Virus record (IMG/VR): IMGVR_UViG_3300048606_000075 | Span: 1-64,000 of that record | Source of the DNA: a virus | Lineage: Duplodnaviria > Caudoviricetes | Reading direction: 5' to 3' (one strand) | DNA length: 64,000 nt | Shown: in pieces, positions 9,081 through 20,900 of the stretch | Layout of the letters: each line of letters starts with the position of its first letter | Position numbering within the stretch: the stretch's first letter is position 1 | The notes under the pieces: model-generated | Told to the model about the DNA's origin: nothing | What the model saw: only the letters and a program-made list of their open reading frames with translations | Databases searched by the model: none | Made by a program: the position numbers and the translations under genes

Positions 9081-9809
9081 TCACACTGGCCGATGATCCT
9101 TCAAACGGCGAGAGCGAGACTCGCCTCTCTGCTTCATTTCCATGAGCCACTCCGGCGGGGGAACAGCACCGTAGTAGGTGTTGATCTCGCCGCCCTCGTA
9201 GTTCAGTACATAACCACCCTTAGCAATGCTGAATGGCTTCTTCAACACGCCCATCCAGTCGTACTGATCTCCACGTGTCACAACCGGAGAAAAGAAGTCT
9301 GGAGTGACGAAATCAGACACTGCTACACCATCGATGGTGTAGCAGTCACTCTGAACTGGATCACAAAGCTCGGTTGCTACTAGCCATCCCTTACCAGAGT
9401 CAGACCACCCGGAGGTGTGGGGGTTGACAAAGGTCTCACAGATCTCATGAGAGAGCACAGCGGACACCGACATCTCGCCGTCGAACATCGTTCCCTTGTT
9501 CTCCAGCACGGTGCCCACTCCGATGACGCCCGACACGATGTCGCCGGAAAGCTCCTCGTGATAGCCCAACGAGCCGGCTTCACTTTGGTCACTCAGGACG
9601 AGCACATAATCTCCGGTCGGCACCTTCTTGGTGCTGGACGGGAGCACCTTCACCGGGCTGGGGAGCATCGCCCACACCGGGGCCACGTGCTCGGTGATCT
9701 GACGATCGCAAGCGGCAACCATCTTGGCCGCTTGCGCGTCAGTGATCAGCTTGGTGTTGCGGGCGATCCAAATCGTAGGACCGACCTTGGTGTACTTAGG
9801 GATTGTCAC
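9081..9809 (-). CDS. putative zincin-like metallopeptidase
   Basis: LGYH and VLSHEICETFVNP (HExxE), ELCDPV. Confidence 0.55.
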   Translation of the reverse strand: MTIPKYTKVGPTIWIARNTKLITDAQAAKMVAACDRQITEHVAPVWAMLPSPVKVLPSSTKKVPTGDYVLVLSDQSEAGSLGYHEELSGDIVSGVIGVGTVLENKGTMFDGEMSVSAVLSHEICETFVNPHTSGWSDSGKGWLVATELCDPVQSDCYTIDGVAVSDFVTPDFFSPVVTRGDQYDWMGVLKKPFSIAKGGYVLNYEGGEINTYYGAVPPPEWLMEMKQRGESRSRRLKDHRPV

Positions 9810-9810
9810 G

Positions 9811-10101
9811 TTAGCCCTTCGCGGCCACCTTGGAAGAGTTCTGACCGTTCACTCCTGTTCTCGGCCGCTTCTCCTGAGAAGGCTCAGCCTGGACACCCGG
9901 AGCCGGGGCAGCTGACTCCGTTGTCAATCCCAGAATCTCAGCATTGGCTCGGATGAACGCTTCCAGCTGCGTAACGCGAGCGCCCTTCACCGCCAGGTCA
10001 CGAGACAAGCCGGCAATTTGCTGAGACAGATCGTTGATAACCAGGTCGGCTATCGAAACTTCTTGGTCACCAGATGGCTGAGACATGAAAATATCCTCCA
10101 A
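9811..10101 (-). CDS. small coiled-coil protein (possible fibre chaperone)
   Basis: Heptad-like LSQQIAGLSRDLAVKGARVTQLEAFI; position after fibre genes. Confidence 0.55.
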   Translation of the reverse strand: MEDIFMSQPSGDQEVSIADLVINDLSQQIAGLSRDLAVKGARVTQLEAFIRANAEILGLTTESAAPAPGVQAEPSQEKRPRTGVNGQNSSKVAAKG

Positions 10102-10134
10102 GGATCAAATTAGATGCTTGCACTGCAGATGATA

Positions 10135-10749
10135 CTAAAATCTTCCTGGTCCTTCGTTCATCAGTTGTCGTTTTAACTCCTCTGGTGAAATACGATTCCG
10201 ACGACCACGCACGGTCCGAGCAGCACGCTTCACTTCTCGTTGTTTATGCTGTTGTCTAGTTTCTTTAAGAACAGCATTAATATACTGTCGCTTGACAGCA
10301 AGATGATCCGAACTAATGACAATTTCTCTTTTGAGAAACTCAATTGGGTCTTCGTCACCACTGCTAGCTACAACTACATCTTTTTCTGTAGTAGGAACAT
10401 AAGGGGAGTTTCCTGGTATCCCAATTAACTTCCCATTACCACGTTGCTTACGAATTCGTCTAAGAAGCTCTTTACGTGCAATCTCCTTAGTAGGAGCAAA
10501 ATGAAGAACCTTAGATTTATCTTCATCAGATATCTGTAAAAACATCTCATAGAATATAATTTCTATGAGAAGATCTATGTCATCCGCATCCAAATCATAC
10601 TCAGCCGCTCTCGTCTCAAATACATCCAAAGGTCGTATCATAACTAATCTTAAAGGAGAACCATCACCATCTAAATACTCGATAGCCATCACTAACATCT
10701 CTTGCTCATCTTGATCTACAATATCAACTTGATGTAGAATAATATCCAT
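10135..10749 (-). CDS. hypothetical protein downstream of fibres (AT-rich)
   Basis: Frame of ORF 10135..10773; ATG 10749 overlaps fibre TAA (TAATG). Confidence 0.7.
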   Translation of the reverse strand: MDIILHQVDIVDQDEQEMLVMAIEYLDGDGSPLRLVMIRPLDVFETRAAEYDLDADDIDLLIEIIFYEMFLQISDEDKSKVLHFAPTKEIARKELLRRIRKQRGNGKLIGIPGNSPYVPTTEKDVVVASSGDEDPIEFLKREIVISSDHLAVKRQYINAVLKETRQQHKQREVKRAARTVRGRRNRISPEELKRQLMNEGPGRF

Positions 10750-13700
10750 TACGGCTGCCTCCTCCAAAACCATGAAATAATTTGTCGAGTTTTGCCGCCT
10801 TCGATGCCAATAGAAATCGAAGTTCTTGACCTGCTCTCACACCAGGCATAGCATTCATCATCAGCTTTGGCTTGCGCGACTCCAGTAACAATAGGAGAGA
10901 TATCACTCTGCATAGTGAATCCACCAAAATCTGTATCTAATCCACCGAAAGCATCTGGAATGCTATCCCAAAAGGTCAAAACAGCTTGTCCAGCAGACCA
11001 CAAAGCATTAACAAAACTGCCAGAAGTAAATTGAATTTCACCAGTTGTAAAAGCACTAAACCCAGCGCCCGTCCCTGGAGAATCAATTGCTCCAATCTTC
11101 AACCCCACAAACGTATGCGTAGCGTCACAGATGACACAACCACCATCTAGATTGTTAGCATCATTTGCTGCAGTTAATCCTAAAAACACCTGATTAGGTT
11201 GAACTCGTAATCTAGAAATCATTGACACAGAAGAAGAGTTAATAGACTTCAACTCTACTGAAATATCATTAGGTAATCCTGTAGGAACGTACGAAGACAA
11301 TGTCGCATATCTAGATTCATCAGCTTGTGGCATGAATCTAATTTCATTGTTTGGACCAGAAATAAGAATCCGACGACCAGTAACACCAGTCTGCAATGAA
11401 ATACCAGATATTAATGTATTAGCTTGAAATTTATCACCAGTAATTGTATTGGCTACAATTTGATCGCCAGTAATATAGTTACCCTGTAAAATAGAACCCT
11501 TGATTACACCGCCACGAATCTCAGACGCTGACAATAATCCAGCAAAGAAGCTGGCTGCCGTAATAGAACCACCCACGATCGCGCCGGACACAGTGACACC
11601 CAACGAGGGAGAAAGCTGGGTAGTCACTACATCTACATCTCGTACAGATGCCGACGCGTAAGGTACACCCTCCCAATACGAACCCGGCTCAGACCCCGCA
11701 CAAAACGGGGTGGGAACCACAGTGTCCCGTTCAATCTGTACAGCTGAATACCACAAGTAAGATGTCAAACGGATCTGGCGAGCAGCATCCGAAGATGGTG
11801 CATACAATCGAACTTTGTCTATGACTCCCGTGCACGACACGAACACCCGGGTCCACTGGTTGGGGATGAGCTGCGCCGCTGCGGACAGCCCACGCGAGAC
11901 CCCCGCGACAGAATCCCTGCCCTCGATCTGGGTCCAACAAGAGACGTCCGACCAGGCATAGATCGAAACAAGGTTGTTCGATGAGTCCGGAATGGAAACG
12001 GGGATCAGATTAGACACCGAGTTGCCCGCGATGCCGGCCCACTGGAATCCAGACGAGTCACCGTCTACATACTCATCAAAACCGTTGACACGTTCATAGA
12101 GTGCGTTACTGGCTTCGACAGTAGCGCCAGGTGTCATAGTCACAAGTAGCTTCAGTCGAACCTTAGTAGTATTCACTGGAGCAATTCCTGTAACATAAAC
12201 AGGTTCTACAATACCTGCTCGCAATGTAAACGGAAGAGACGAAGATTCTGAAAGAACTACATCAGCTGAATTAATCCACTGAATAACTGCAACAACTGGA
12301 AACTGGAAATTAACTCTAACATTGCAAGACAGTGTCCATTGATCACTTGCTGTCAGACCAGTTGTAACCGGAGCCAGCACCAATGCATCACCAGCTGATA
12401 GGACAGTCAACTGGATCACGTTGTCGCGCTCAAACCCCACCGTAGACGCCCGGGTCCCCTGCACAGAGCCCAGGGAAGCGGACCAACCGTTGATGACGGT
12501 AGCCAACGATGGATTCGTACAGTAGTTAGTTCTGGTGAGAGTGAAAGATGACCCAGTACCGATCGTACTCTTAAATGGAACATCCACATAGCTTGGCGTA
12601 GCAGGGTTAGTAACTGTCGCCTTCATACGAACCGCAAACTCACCAGCAAAGGTGTGTTGCTGATCGTCTACAGCTTCCGCGTTAACCCCCGGATCGCGGC
12701 CCGACCCGCCGACAAACCCGGGGTTGGCGGCCATGTTCCGCGTCGGTGCCGCGATGAAGCGGAGACCATCCTGGGCATCCAAGACTGTTCTAGAATTCGA
12801 GTATTTACTATTAAGACTAAAAATTCCTGTAGGTGCTAATTGAGCGACAACGCTGTTATCAGCAGCATAGATTGTCAATCCAGTATCAGACGCCAGATTC
12901 ATCCGTGACCCGGAGAGGGCGGATCGCAGCATGAACGAGCCGGGGAGAACCTCAGCGACAGTGTTATTACTTGAATTGTAAGAACGAAGTCCGACTGCAT
13001 CGAGTTGCACACGAGCATTGTTAATCTGAGAAAAATTGGATGGTCCCGCATAAATAGTTCCATTAGGACCCATGAAAATCTCGTTAGCATCTAGAACACC
13101 AGACAGAAGCTTCGAGATAGTAACATCAATGACTTTAGAATCTATGACCGAAAGATCCTCAAACTGAGGAGTTCCAACAGCTCCAGCAGCTATCTTCGGT
13201 TGGGTAACTGATGTATCCTTGATGTTATAAGCTTGAATAGTCTTAAAAGCAATGTTGCCTTGATTCGAAGCCGAGCCGCCGGTGATTGTGTCATGTGCGA
13301 TCTGGGAGCCCAGCAGGCCGCCGGGGGGTGTCGTCACGGCCTTAGCGGTACCGATCCACAAGCTGAAGGCGTCGCCCGTAGCGCTGCGCAGCACCGGGCC
13401 GCCAGACCCTAGCTGGACCTCACCCACGTCAGCGGTCGTGACACCCTCGATGATCGCCCGGTTGGGGGAGCCGACCAGCGATCGCAACCACGCCGCCGTG
13501 CCTAACTTGGCACTGTAATCTGTTGGAAGTAGTAGAGATGCAACAAAAGAAACTTGGCCACCGAAAGATACTGTTCCGTCAACATGCAGATCCTCACCAA
13601 CCTGCGCGCCACCAGCAATTGTCGCTTGTGCTGTAACAGTAAGTGGTCCATTAACTGCTAAACCACTCTGTGAAGTAATCATTCCATCAGCAGTAAAATC

Positions 13701-14363
13701 ACCAGAAATGACTGTGTCACCAGTCTCATTCATGGTGAAAATAGGATCTTCAGTAACTTCATTCGTAAAGTTAATATAGTTACCGTGAGCACGACCACGC
13801 AGCAAAGTGTGGTCTCCGAGCAATGAGTGGATAGAGAAGGCGGAGTCTGGAACGTCCGTCCTTCCCACCGCTGCCGAATCAGGACCAACTCGAAACTTCT
13901 GCTCGTCTCCAGACTTAACTACAAAAACCTGTGTATCCGGCGAAAGGAACGGAACATCTAAGGTGAGAGGTGTCAAACCCTCGCCTGGACTATTAAAACG
14001 GAACTGAGATACAGCATTAATTTCCTCGTTAAACTTAGGTCCAGTAATAGAACCGTCTGCCAACTCACTCGAAGTAATACTATCAAGAATGAAACGGTTA
14101 CCCGGGAGGGTGCCAGAGGTGATCTTGCTGCCCGGGATTTCAGTGGAAGGTGTGCCAGAGCCAGTAGTGCTTGTTAAATCGATAGTAGTTGTCGAATTCA
14201 GCTGAAAGAAAACCTTCTGGTCATCTTCACTGGCATAGATAGTCCCGTTAGGAACTGCTTCCGGCAAACCTCCGCTGAAGATGGGAACACCAGGAAGCCG
14301 TTGCGAGCCCAGCGCAGCATCCGAAGCCATCTTCTTTAAGCCAGCTTGCAGCTGATTAACCAT
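10749..14363 (-). CDS. tail fibre/receptor-binding protein, paralog 3 (1204 aa)
   Basis: Same architecture as the two upstream genes: ITxxKIAAGAV repeats, beta-rich shaft, CBM-like RTNYCTNPSL module, divergent C-terminal tip. Confidence 0.8.
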   Translation of the reverse strand: MVNQLQAGLKKMASDAALGSQRLPGVPIFSGGLPEAVPNGTIYASEDDQKVFFQLNSTTTIDLTSTTGSGTPSTEIPGSKITSGTLPGNRFILDSITSSELADGSITGPKFNEEINAVSQFRFNSPGEGLTPLTLDVPFLSPDTQVFVVKSGDEQKFRVGPDSAAVGRTDVPDSAFSIHSLLGDHTLLRGRAHGNYINFTNEVTEDPIFTMNETGDTVISGDFTADGMITSQSGLAVNGPLTVTAQATIAGGAQVGEDLHVDGTVSFGGQVSFVASLLLPTDYSAKLGTAAWLRSLVGSPNRAIIEGVTTADVGEVQLGSGGPVLRSATGDAFSLWIGTAKAVTTPPGGLLGSQIAHDTITGGSASNQGNIAFKTIQAYNIKDTSVTQPKIAAGAVGTPQFEDLSVIDSKVIDVTISKLLSGVLDANEIFMGPNGTIYAGPSNFSQINNARVQLDAVGLRSYNSSNNTVAEVLPGSFMLRSALSGSRMNLASDTGLTIYAADNSVVAQLAPTGIFSLNSKYSNSRTVLDAQDGLRFIAAPTRNMAANPGFVGGSGRDPGVNAEAVDDQQHTFAGEFAVRMKATVTNPATPSYVDVPFKSTIGTGSSFTLTRTNYCTNPSLATVINGWSASLGSVQGTRASTVGFERDNVIQLTVLSAGDALVLAPVTTGLTASDQWTLSCNVRVNFQFPVVAVIQWINSADVVLSESSSLPFTLRAGIVEPVYVTGIAPVNTTKVRLKLLVTMTPGATVEASNALYERVNGFDEYVDGDSSGFQWAGIAGNSVSNLIPVSIPDSSNNLVSIYAWSDVSCWTQIEGRDSVAGVSRGLSAAAQLIPNQWTRVFVSCTGVIDKVRLYAPSSDAARQIRLTSYLWYSAVQIERDTVVPTPFCAGSEPGSYWEGVPYASASVRDVDVVTTQLSPSLGVTVSGAIVGGSITAASFFAGLLSASEIRGGVIKGSILQGNYITGDQIVANTITGDKFQANTLISGISLQTGVTGRRILISGPNNEIRFMPQADESRYATLSSYVPTGLPNDISVELKSINSSSVSMISRLRVQPNQVFLGLTAANDANNLDGGCVICDATHTFVGLKIGAIDSPGTGAGFSAFTTGEIQFTSGSFVNALWSAGQAVLTFWDSIPDAFGGLDTDFGGFTMQSDISPIVTGVAQAKADDECYAWCESRSRTSISIGIEGGKTRQIISWFWRRQP

Positions 14364-17300
14364 TATGGCTTCTTCCTATAGAGCCAACAATTTACTGCTC
14401 TAGTCTGACCTGACTGTCCGAATACAGCAACGAACATACCAGTTCTAGTTATTTGCTCAACCCAAGACTCATTGGGATACACACCAGAACCTATTCGAAC
14501 ACCTGTAACGAGCGGAGCCATATCGCCTGACATAGTAAATCCATTAAAAGATAGATTTATATCTAAAGCTGTACCAGGAATATTTGCCCATATAGCCATG
14601 CAAGCTTGGTTAGCACTAAAAGCTCCGTTTCTAAACCAACCATTGAACTGAAGCTCACCAGTTGTAAAAGCACTGAATCCAGCACCATTACCTGGCGTAT
14701 CTATGGAACCAGTCTTCACTCCTACAAACGCGTGTGTATCATCACAGTAAACAACTCCACCAGCTAAATTAGCCCCGTCATTAGCTGCAGTTAATCCTAA
14801 GAATGCCTCATCAGGTCTAATGCGTACTCTAGAAACCATTGTCACTGCAGCAGAGGTAATAGACTTCAACTCTACTGAAACGTCATTAGGAAGATCTGCC
14901 GGAATGTATGAGTACAAACTTGCATATCTAGATTCATCAGCTGAGGGAAAGAACCTAATCTCATTGTTAGGTCCAGAAAGAAGAATACGTCGCCCAGTAG
15001 TACCAGTCTGGAGTGAAACATTAGATATCAGAGTATTAGTCAAAAACTTATCACCAGTAACAGTACCGGCTACAATCTGATCACCAGTAATATAATTACC
15101 TTGTAGTAGCGAGCCTTTGATCAAACCACCATGGATCTCAGACGCCGAGACCATGCCGGCAAAGAACGTGGACCCAGTGACAGACCCACCCACGATGGCG
15201 GCCGAGACCGTCACACCCAGAGCTGGTGACAGCTGAGCGGTCACCACGTCTACATCGCGCAATGATGCCGACGCGTATGGCACACCCTCCCAGTAGCAGC
15301 CCGGCTCGGTACCCGAGCAGAACGGAGTGGGCCGGATGCCATCACGCTCGACCTGCACCCCGGAATACCACAGATACGTCTTCACACGAACCTGACGGGC
15401 TATATCCGAGGTAGGTGCATGTAACCGAACCTTGTCCATCACACCCGTGCAGACCACATACACCCGGGTCCACTGGTGGGGAAAGATCCGCGTAGCTGCC
15501 GACATCCCACGACCCACGCCGGCCGTCGAGTCACGGCCTTCAATCTGGGTCCAGCACGGGACGTCCGACCAGACAAAGATCGAAACAAGATTACTGGTGG
15601 AGTCAGGGATGGAAACTGGAATTAAAGTAGATGCTGAGTTTCCAGAAGTTCCACTCCATTGATACCCAGATGTGTCACCATCAAAGTATTCATCAAAACC
15701 ACTGGCTCGCTCATAAAGTGCGTTACTGACTTCTAGAATGTCAGTATTAACCATGCTCACTAGTAGCTTCAGTCGAACCTTCGCCGTGTTCGCCGGGGCG
15801 GTAGCCGTCACCGAAACAATCTCGATGATGCCGGCACGCAACGTGATGGGGAGCGCGGACACCTCAGCGAGGACAACGTCTGTCGAACTCAACCACTGGA
15901 TAATGGGAGTAACAGACTGAGTAGTTGTCGTTCGAACGTTGGCGGATAACGTCCATTGCTGTGCAGACGTCAAGCCTGTCACGACCGGAGCTAACACGGT
16001 AGCCACGCCTGTCACCGCTGCTGTCAGCTTCAAAACGTTGGTTCGAGCAAACCCGATCGAAGACGCCCGGATCCCAGCGGCGGCCCCTATCGTGCCCGAC
16101 CAGCCGGTGATGACCGTGGCCAGTGACGGATTCGTGCAGTAGTTAGTTCTATTTCTAGTAATGGTTGTGCCAGTACCTACTGTACTCTTATACGTAACAT
16201 CCACATAGCTCAGGGTTACTGGATTAGTAACAGTAGCTTTCATGCGTATGGCGTACTCACCAGCAAAGACATGTCGCTGGTCATCCACTGCCTCAGCATT
16301 GAAGCCAGCCTCGTGCTGAGATCCTCCGTTGAACCCGGGGTTGTAGGCCATGTTCCGGGCGGGAGATGCGATGAAACGCAAACCATCTTGTGAGTCTAGA
16401 ACAGTCCTAGCACCAGAGTACTTGCTGGTGAGACTAAAGATTCCTGTTGGCGCCAGCTGAGTAGTAATGCTGCCATCTACATCATACAGAGTCAAACCAC
16501 TATCGGAAGATAACAAAATCCTAGATCCAGTAGTTGCGGATCTAAGCATGAACGAACTAGGGAGAACCTCAGCAACAGTGTCATTATTAGTGTTATAAGC
16601 ACGAAGCCCGAAATGATCTAACTGAACACGCTGGTCAGTAATATGTGCGTGGTCAACAGGCCCCATGTAGATAGTTCCATTGGGACCCATGAAAATCTCA
16701 TTAGCATCTAGAATACCAGAAATAAGTCTGGTAGCTCTGATATTTAAGATCTTATCATCTGTTAAAGATCCATCTTCAATATTAAGTTCAGCTACAGCAG
16801 CAACAGCTAACTTCGATCGAACAACAGAACCATCCTTGATGTTATATCCTTGGACAGTCTGTAAAGCAATGTTTCCTTGTCCAGATGCTGATCCGCCAGT
16901 GATTGTGTCAAAAGCGATCTGAGACCCCAGGATCCCGCCCGGGGAGGTGGTCAGGACTTTGTTGGAGCCAACCCACAACCCAGTGAGATCGGTGGACGTG
17001 TTCCGCAGCACCGGACCGCCGGTGCCCAGCTGAACCTCACCGATGGTGGGATCCGTGACGCCTTCGATGACCACTCGATTGGGGAACGAGGCCGGTGAAC
17101 GGAGCCACGCAATGTTGCCTACACGAGCACTGTAATCTGGTGGGAAAATCAATGCTGACGAGAAGGTAGCTTGACCACCGAAGGCAGCGGGCCCGGCAGC
17201 GATGAGGTCATCAGCGATACTTACGTTACCGTTGATGGTGGCGTGTGACGTGACAGTAAGCGGGCCGTCAATCACCAATCCATCTTGTGACGTAATGACT

Positions 17301-17989
17301 CCGCCAGAAGTAAAGTCACCGCCAACGAACGTGTCACCATCGTGATTGATAGTAAAGATGGGCAGTGAGATAGCATTGTCAAAATAGATAAAGTCGCCGC
17401 GCGCTCGACCGCCCAGTAAAGTCTTGTCTTCATCAGATGACTGCACGGAAAAGACAGCTCCGGAGACATCATTTCCGACAGCCACTGAATCACGGCCGAC
17501 TCGAAACTTCTGATCACTAAGTGCTTTAGCTACAAATGATTGTGTATCTGCTGAATCAAACGGAACATCTAAAACTAACGGAGTTAAATCTTCGCCGGGG
17601 CTATCAAGATGTATTGCAGAAAAAGCTTCAATCTCAGCAGCTAACTTTGGACTTGTAACAGAGCCGGGGCCTAACTCGGCAGCAGTGATAGAACTGCTTG
17701 CGATAGCGATAGGCGGGAGAGATCGAGATATGATTCGATGACCATCGATGTTAGTCTCAGGAGGCTGTCCAGATTCTCCATCGTCACCCGCAGGTGCTGT
17801 TAGGTCAATAGTAGTTGTAGCATTAAGTTGAAAGAACACCTTTTGATCAGTTGAATTTGCATATATAGTTCCACTAGGAACTGCTTCTGGCAAAGCACCA
17901 CTAAAGATTGGCACAGAAGGTAAGCGTTGCGATCCTAGCTTGGCTTTGGATGCAATGCTTTTTAACCCTGTTTCCAACGGATTGGCCAC
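14363..17989 (-). CDS. tail fibre/receptor-binding protein, paralog 2 (1208 aa)
   Basis: Collinear homology with both neighbours over the full length; 1-nt stop/start overlaps. Confidence 0.8.
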   Translation of the reverse strand: MANPLETGLKSIASKAKLGSQRLPSVPIFSGALPEAVPSGTIYANSTDQKVFFQLNATTTIDLTAPAGDDGESGQPPETNIDGHRIISRSLPPIAIASSSITAAELGPGSVTSPKLAAEIEAFSAIHLDSPGEDLTPLVLDVPFDSADTQSFVAKALSDQKFRVGRDSVAVGNDVSGAVFSVQSSDEDKTLLGGRARGDFIYFDNAISLPIFTINHDGDTFVGGDFTSGGVITSQDGLVIDGPLTVTSHATINGNVSIADDLIAAGPAAFGGQATFSSALIFPPDYSARVGNIAWLRSPASFPNRVVIEGVTDPTIGEVQLGTGGPVLRNTSTDLTGLWVGSNKVLTTSPGGILGSQIAFDTITGGSASGQGNIALQTVQGYNIKDGSVVRSKLAVAAVAELNIEDGSLTDDKILNIRATRLISGILDANEIFMGPNGTIYMGPVDHAHITDQRVQLDHFGLRAYNTNNDTVAEVLPSSFMLRSATTGSRILLSSDSGLTLYDVDGSITTQLAPTGIFSLTSKYSGARTVLDSQDGLRFIASPARNMAYNPGFNGGSQHEAGFNAEAVDDQRHVFAGEYAIRMKATVTNPVTLSYVDVTYKSTVGTGTTITRNRTNYCTNPSLATVITGWSGTIGAAAGIRASSIGFARTNVLKLTAAVTGVATVLAPVVTGLTSAQQWTLSANVRTTTTQSVTPIIQWLSSTDVVLAEVSALPITLRAGIIEIVSVTATAPANTAKVRLKLLVSMVNTDILEVSNALYERASGFDEYFDGDTSGYQWSGTSGNSASTLIPVSIPDSTSNLVSIFVWSDVPCWTQIEGRDSTAGVGRGMSAATRIFPHQWTRVYVVCTGVMDKVRLHAPTSDIARQVRVKTYLWYSGVQVERDGIRPTPFCSGTEPGCYWEGVPYASASLRDVDVVTAQLSPALGVTVSAAIVGGSVTGSTFFAGMVSASEIHGGLIKGSLLQGNYITGDQIVAGTVTGDKFLTNTLISNVSLQTGTTGRRILLSGPNNEIRFFPSADESRYASLYSYIPADLPNDVSVELKSITSAAVTMVSRVRIRPDEAFLGLTAANDGANLAGGVVYCDDTHAFVGVKTGSIDTPGNGAGFSAFTTGELQFNGWFRNGAFSANQACMAIWANIPGTALDINLSFNGFTMSGDMAPLVTGVRIGSGVYPNESWVEQITRTGMFVAVFGQSGQTRAVNCWLYRKKP

Positions 17990-20900
17990 TATGGCTGCTT
18001 CCTAAAAATCCAGGCAGAAACTTCGTTCGATCCCGTGCCAGCAAGATCAATCCAAGATCGAAAAATCATTGAAGTTCTTGTCAAAGACTCAATATGGGAT
18101 GCACTATTTCCTGCCCAACCATTCATCTTTGTACCTGAAATAACAGGGCCTAGGTCACTAGCCATAGTAAAACCCTTATTAATTATAGAGTAATTAATTC
18201 CACCAAAACCAACAGGTACAAGAATAAAAACATGCAATACAGCTTGCTCTGCACTCCAAGGACCGTTTCTAAACCAACCATCGATCTGGATCTCATTGCT
18301 TGAATGTGCGAGAATTCCAGCACTGCCGTCACCTTGGTGAGACAGTGCTCCAACCTTCACTCCAATGTAAGCAAGAACGTCATTGGCATAGACAATGCCA
18401 CCCTTCAAAAGAGTAGCGTCACTAGATCCAGTTAATCCAATGAACGCTTCATTAGGTTGTAGTCGTACTCTAGAAATCATTGACACAGCAGCAGAGTCAA
18501 TAGACCTAAGCTCTACTGAAATATCATTAGGTAACCCAGTAGGAACATATGAGTATAATACTGAGAATCTAGACTCATCCGCTGCAGGAAAGAATTTAAT
18601 ACTATTGTCTGGTCCAGAAAGAAGAATTCGTCGACCAACAGTACCTGTCTGCATTGAGACATTAGAAATTAAAGTATTAGCTTGAAGCCTATCGCCAGTT
18701 AATGTATTAGTTACAATCTGATCACCAGTAATCTTAGTACCCTGTAGAACAGATCCTTTGATTGTGCTACCACGAATATCAGCGGCAATCACTAACCCAG
18801 CAACGAAGTTAGATGCTGTGATAGAACCGCCCACCACGGCACCCGAAACCGTGACCCCGAGCGACGGAGACAGCTGTGCGGTCGTGGTATCCAGGTCTCG
18901 CAGCGACGCCGACGCATACGGAGCGCCCTGCCAATAGCAACCCGGCTCAAAACCTGAGCAGAACGGGGTTGGCAACGTACGGTCTCGTTCTACCTGCACA
19001 GCCGAGTACCACAGATACGACAGCAGCCGCAGCGTGCGCGCCGCGTCCGAGGTCGGCGCGTGCAGGCGGACTCGGTCTATCACACCCGTGCAGGACGCGT
19101 ACACCCGGGTCCACTGCCCCGCGATCAGCCGGGTGGGATCGGAGAAGCCGCGAGACGTGCTGGCGTCTCGCCCCTCGATCTGGGTCCAGCACGGCGTGTC
19201 CGACCAGACAAAGATCGAGACCAGGTTGCTGGTGGAGTCAGGGATGGAGACGGGAGTCAGGTTGGACGCTGAGCTGCCCGCTGTGCCGGCCCAAGTGTAG
19301 CCGGGGGTAGCACCATCAGCGTACTTGTCCAGCCCGCTAGTGCGCTCATAGAGGGCGTTGCTGACCTCCAGCACATCCCCGGTCACCATGGCCAGGGAGA
19401 GCTTCAGACGCAGCTTGGTGGTGTTCGCGGGCGCCGTCGCGGTCACGAACACCCGCTCCACCACACCCGCGCGGCACGTGATGGACGCGGCGGCGGACTC
19501 CGAAAGAACGACGTCCGTAGCACTGATCCACTGAATGATGGGGATGACACCCTGGGCCAACGACACCCGGGCGGAACACGACAGTGTCCACTGCTGCGCG
19601 GCGACGATACCGGTCACAACCGGACCCAGGACGGTACCGGCGCCCGAGGCCGCCACGGTCAACCGCAAGACGTTGTCTCGTTGAAATCCTAGAGCCGTAG
19701 TACGAACACCCGTGGTGGCCCCCACAGTCGCGGACCAACCGGTCGCATCGTTGGCGAGCGATGGGTTAATGCAAGCATTGGTTCGTGTCAGACTAGAGCT
19801 AGTCCCAGTACCAACTGTATTCTTGAAAGGAACTTCCACATAACTTGGTGTAGCTATAACAGAAGTTAGTGCCCTAGTGCGGACCGAAAACTCTCCAGCA
19901 AACACATGCTGCTGGTCATTCGTCGCTTCGCAGTTCGTAGCGGATACGAACCCGGAGCCTCCGTTAAAGCCGGGGTTATACGCTGCATTTCTCGTTGGAG
20001 CTGCGATGAAACGCATTCCATCTTGGGAATCTAGAACTGCTCTGGTGCCGGCGTACTTACTAGTAAGACTGAACACCCCAGTTGTAGCGAGCTGCGCGGC
20101 GACACTGTTATCAGGAGCAAAAAGTGTCAAACCGCTATCAGAAGCCAAGGATAGCCGCGCCCCCGTGGTCCCGGACCGCAGCATGAACGACCCAGGGAGT
20201 ACTTCCGCTACAGCTGTATTGATTGAGTTATAGGAACGCAGACCTTCAACATTAAGCTGTACACGTTGATCAGTGATATGTGCGTGGTCAACAGGACCGA
20301 GATAAATAGTCCCGTGTGGTCCTAGGTAAACTTCATCGGCATCCAGCACGCCGGACAACAGCTTAGAGACAGCGAAGCTCACAAGCTTGTCATCGGGGAT
20401 AGACCCGTCCGCGATCTGCAGCGTGCCCACCGCGCCGGCCGACAGATTCGCACGGACGATCGTCGCATCCTTGATGTTGTAAGAATCGACGGTCTGCGCG
20501 GCAATATTGCCCTGACCTGCTGTTGCACCACCTGTGAGTGTGTCAAACGCGATCTGGGACCCCAGGATCCCACCCGGCAGCGAGGTCAGGATCTTGTCTC
20601 CGTTGACCCGGACAACACCGGGCTCAGAGAACGCGCCCGACAGGACCGGACCGCCGGTGCCCAGCTGGATCTGACCAACGCTGGAGTCACTGACACCCTC
20701 CAGGATGATCCGGTTAGGCGAACCCCCCAGCGAGCGCAGCCACACGTTCGATCCGACGCGGGCGGCGTAGTTGGTCGGCAACAGCAGCGGAGCCCCGCTG
20801 AACGTGACCTGGTCGCCGAACGATGTCGGGCCACCCACCGACAGATTGCCGCCGATCTGCAAGCCATCGATGATGTTGAACTGGGACACGCCAGACAGCG

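Noticed and set aside
9042-9081. c-di-AMP riboswitch upstream of NlpC/P60
   Set aside because: The intergenic gap is under 40 nt, too short for the aptamer
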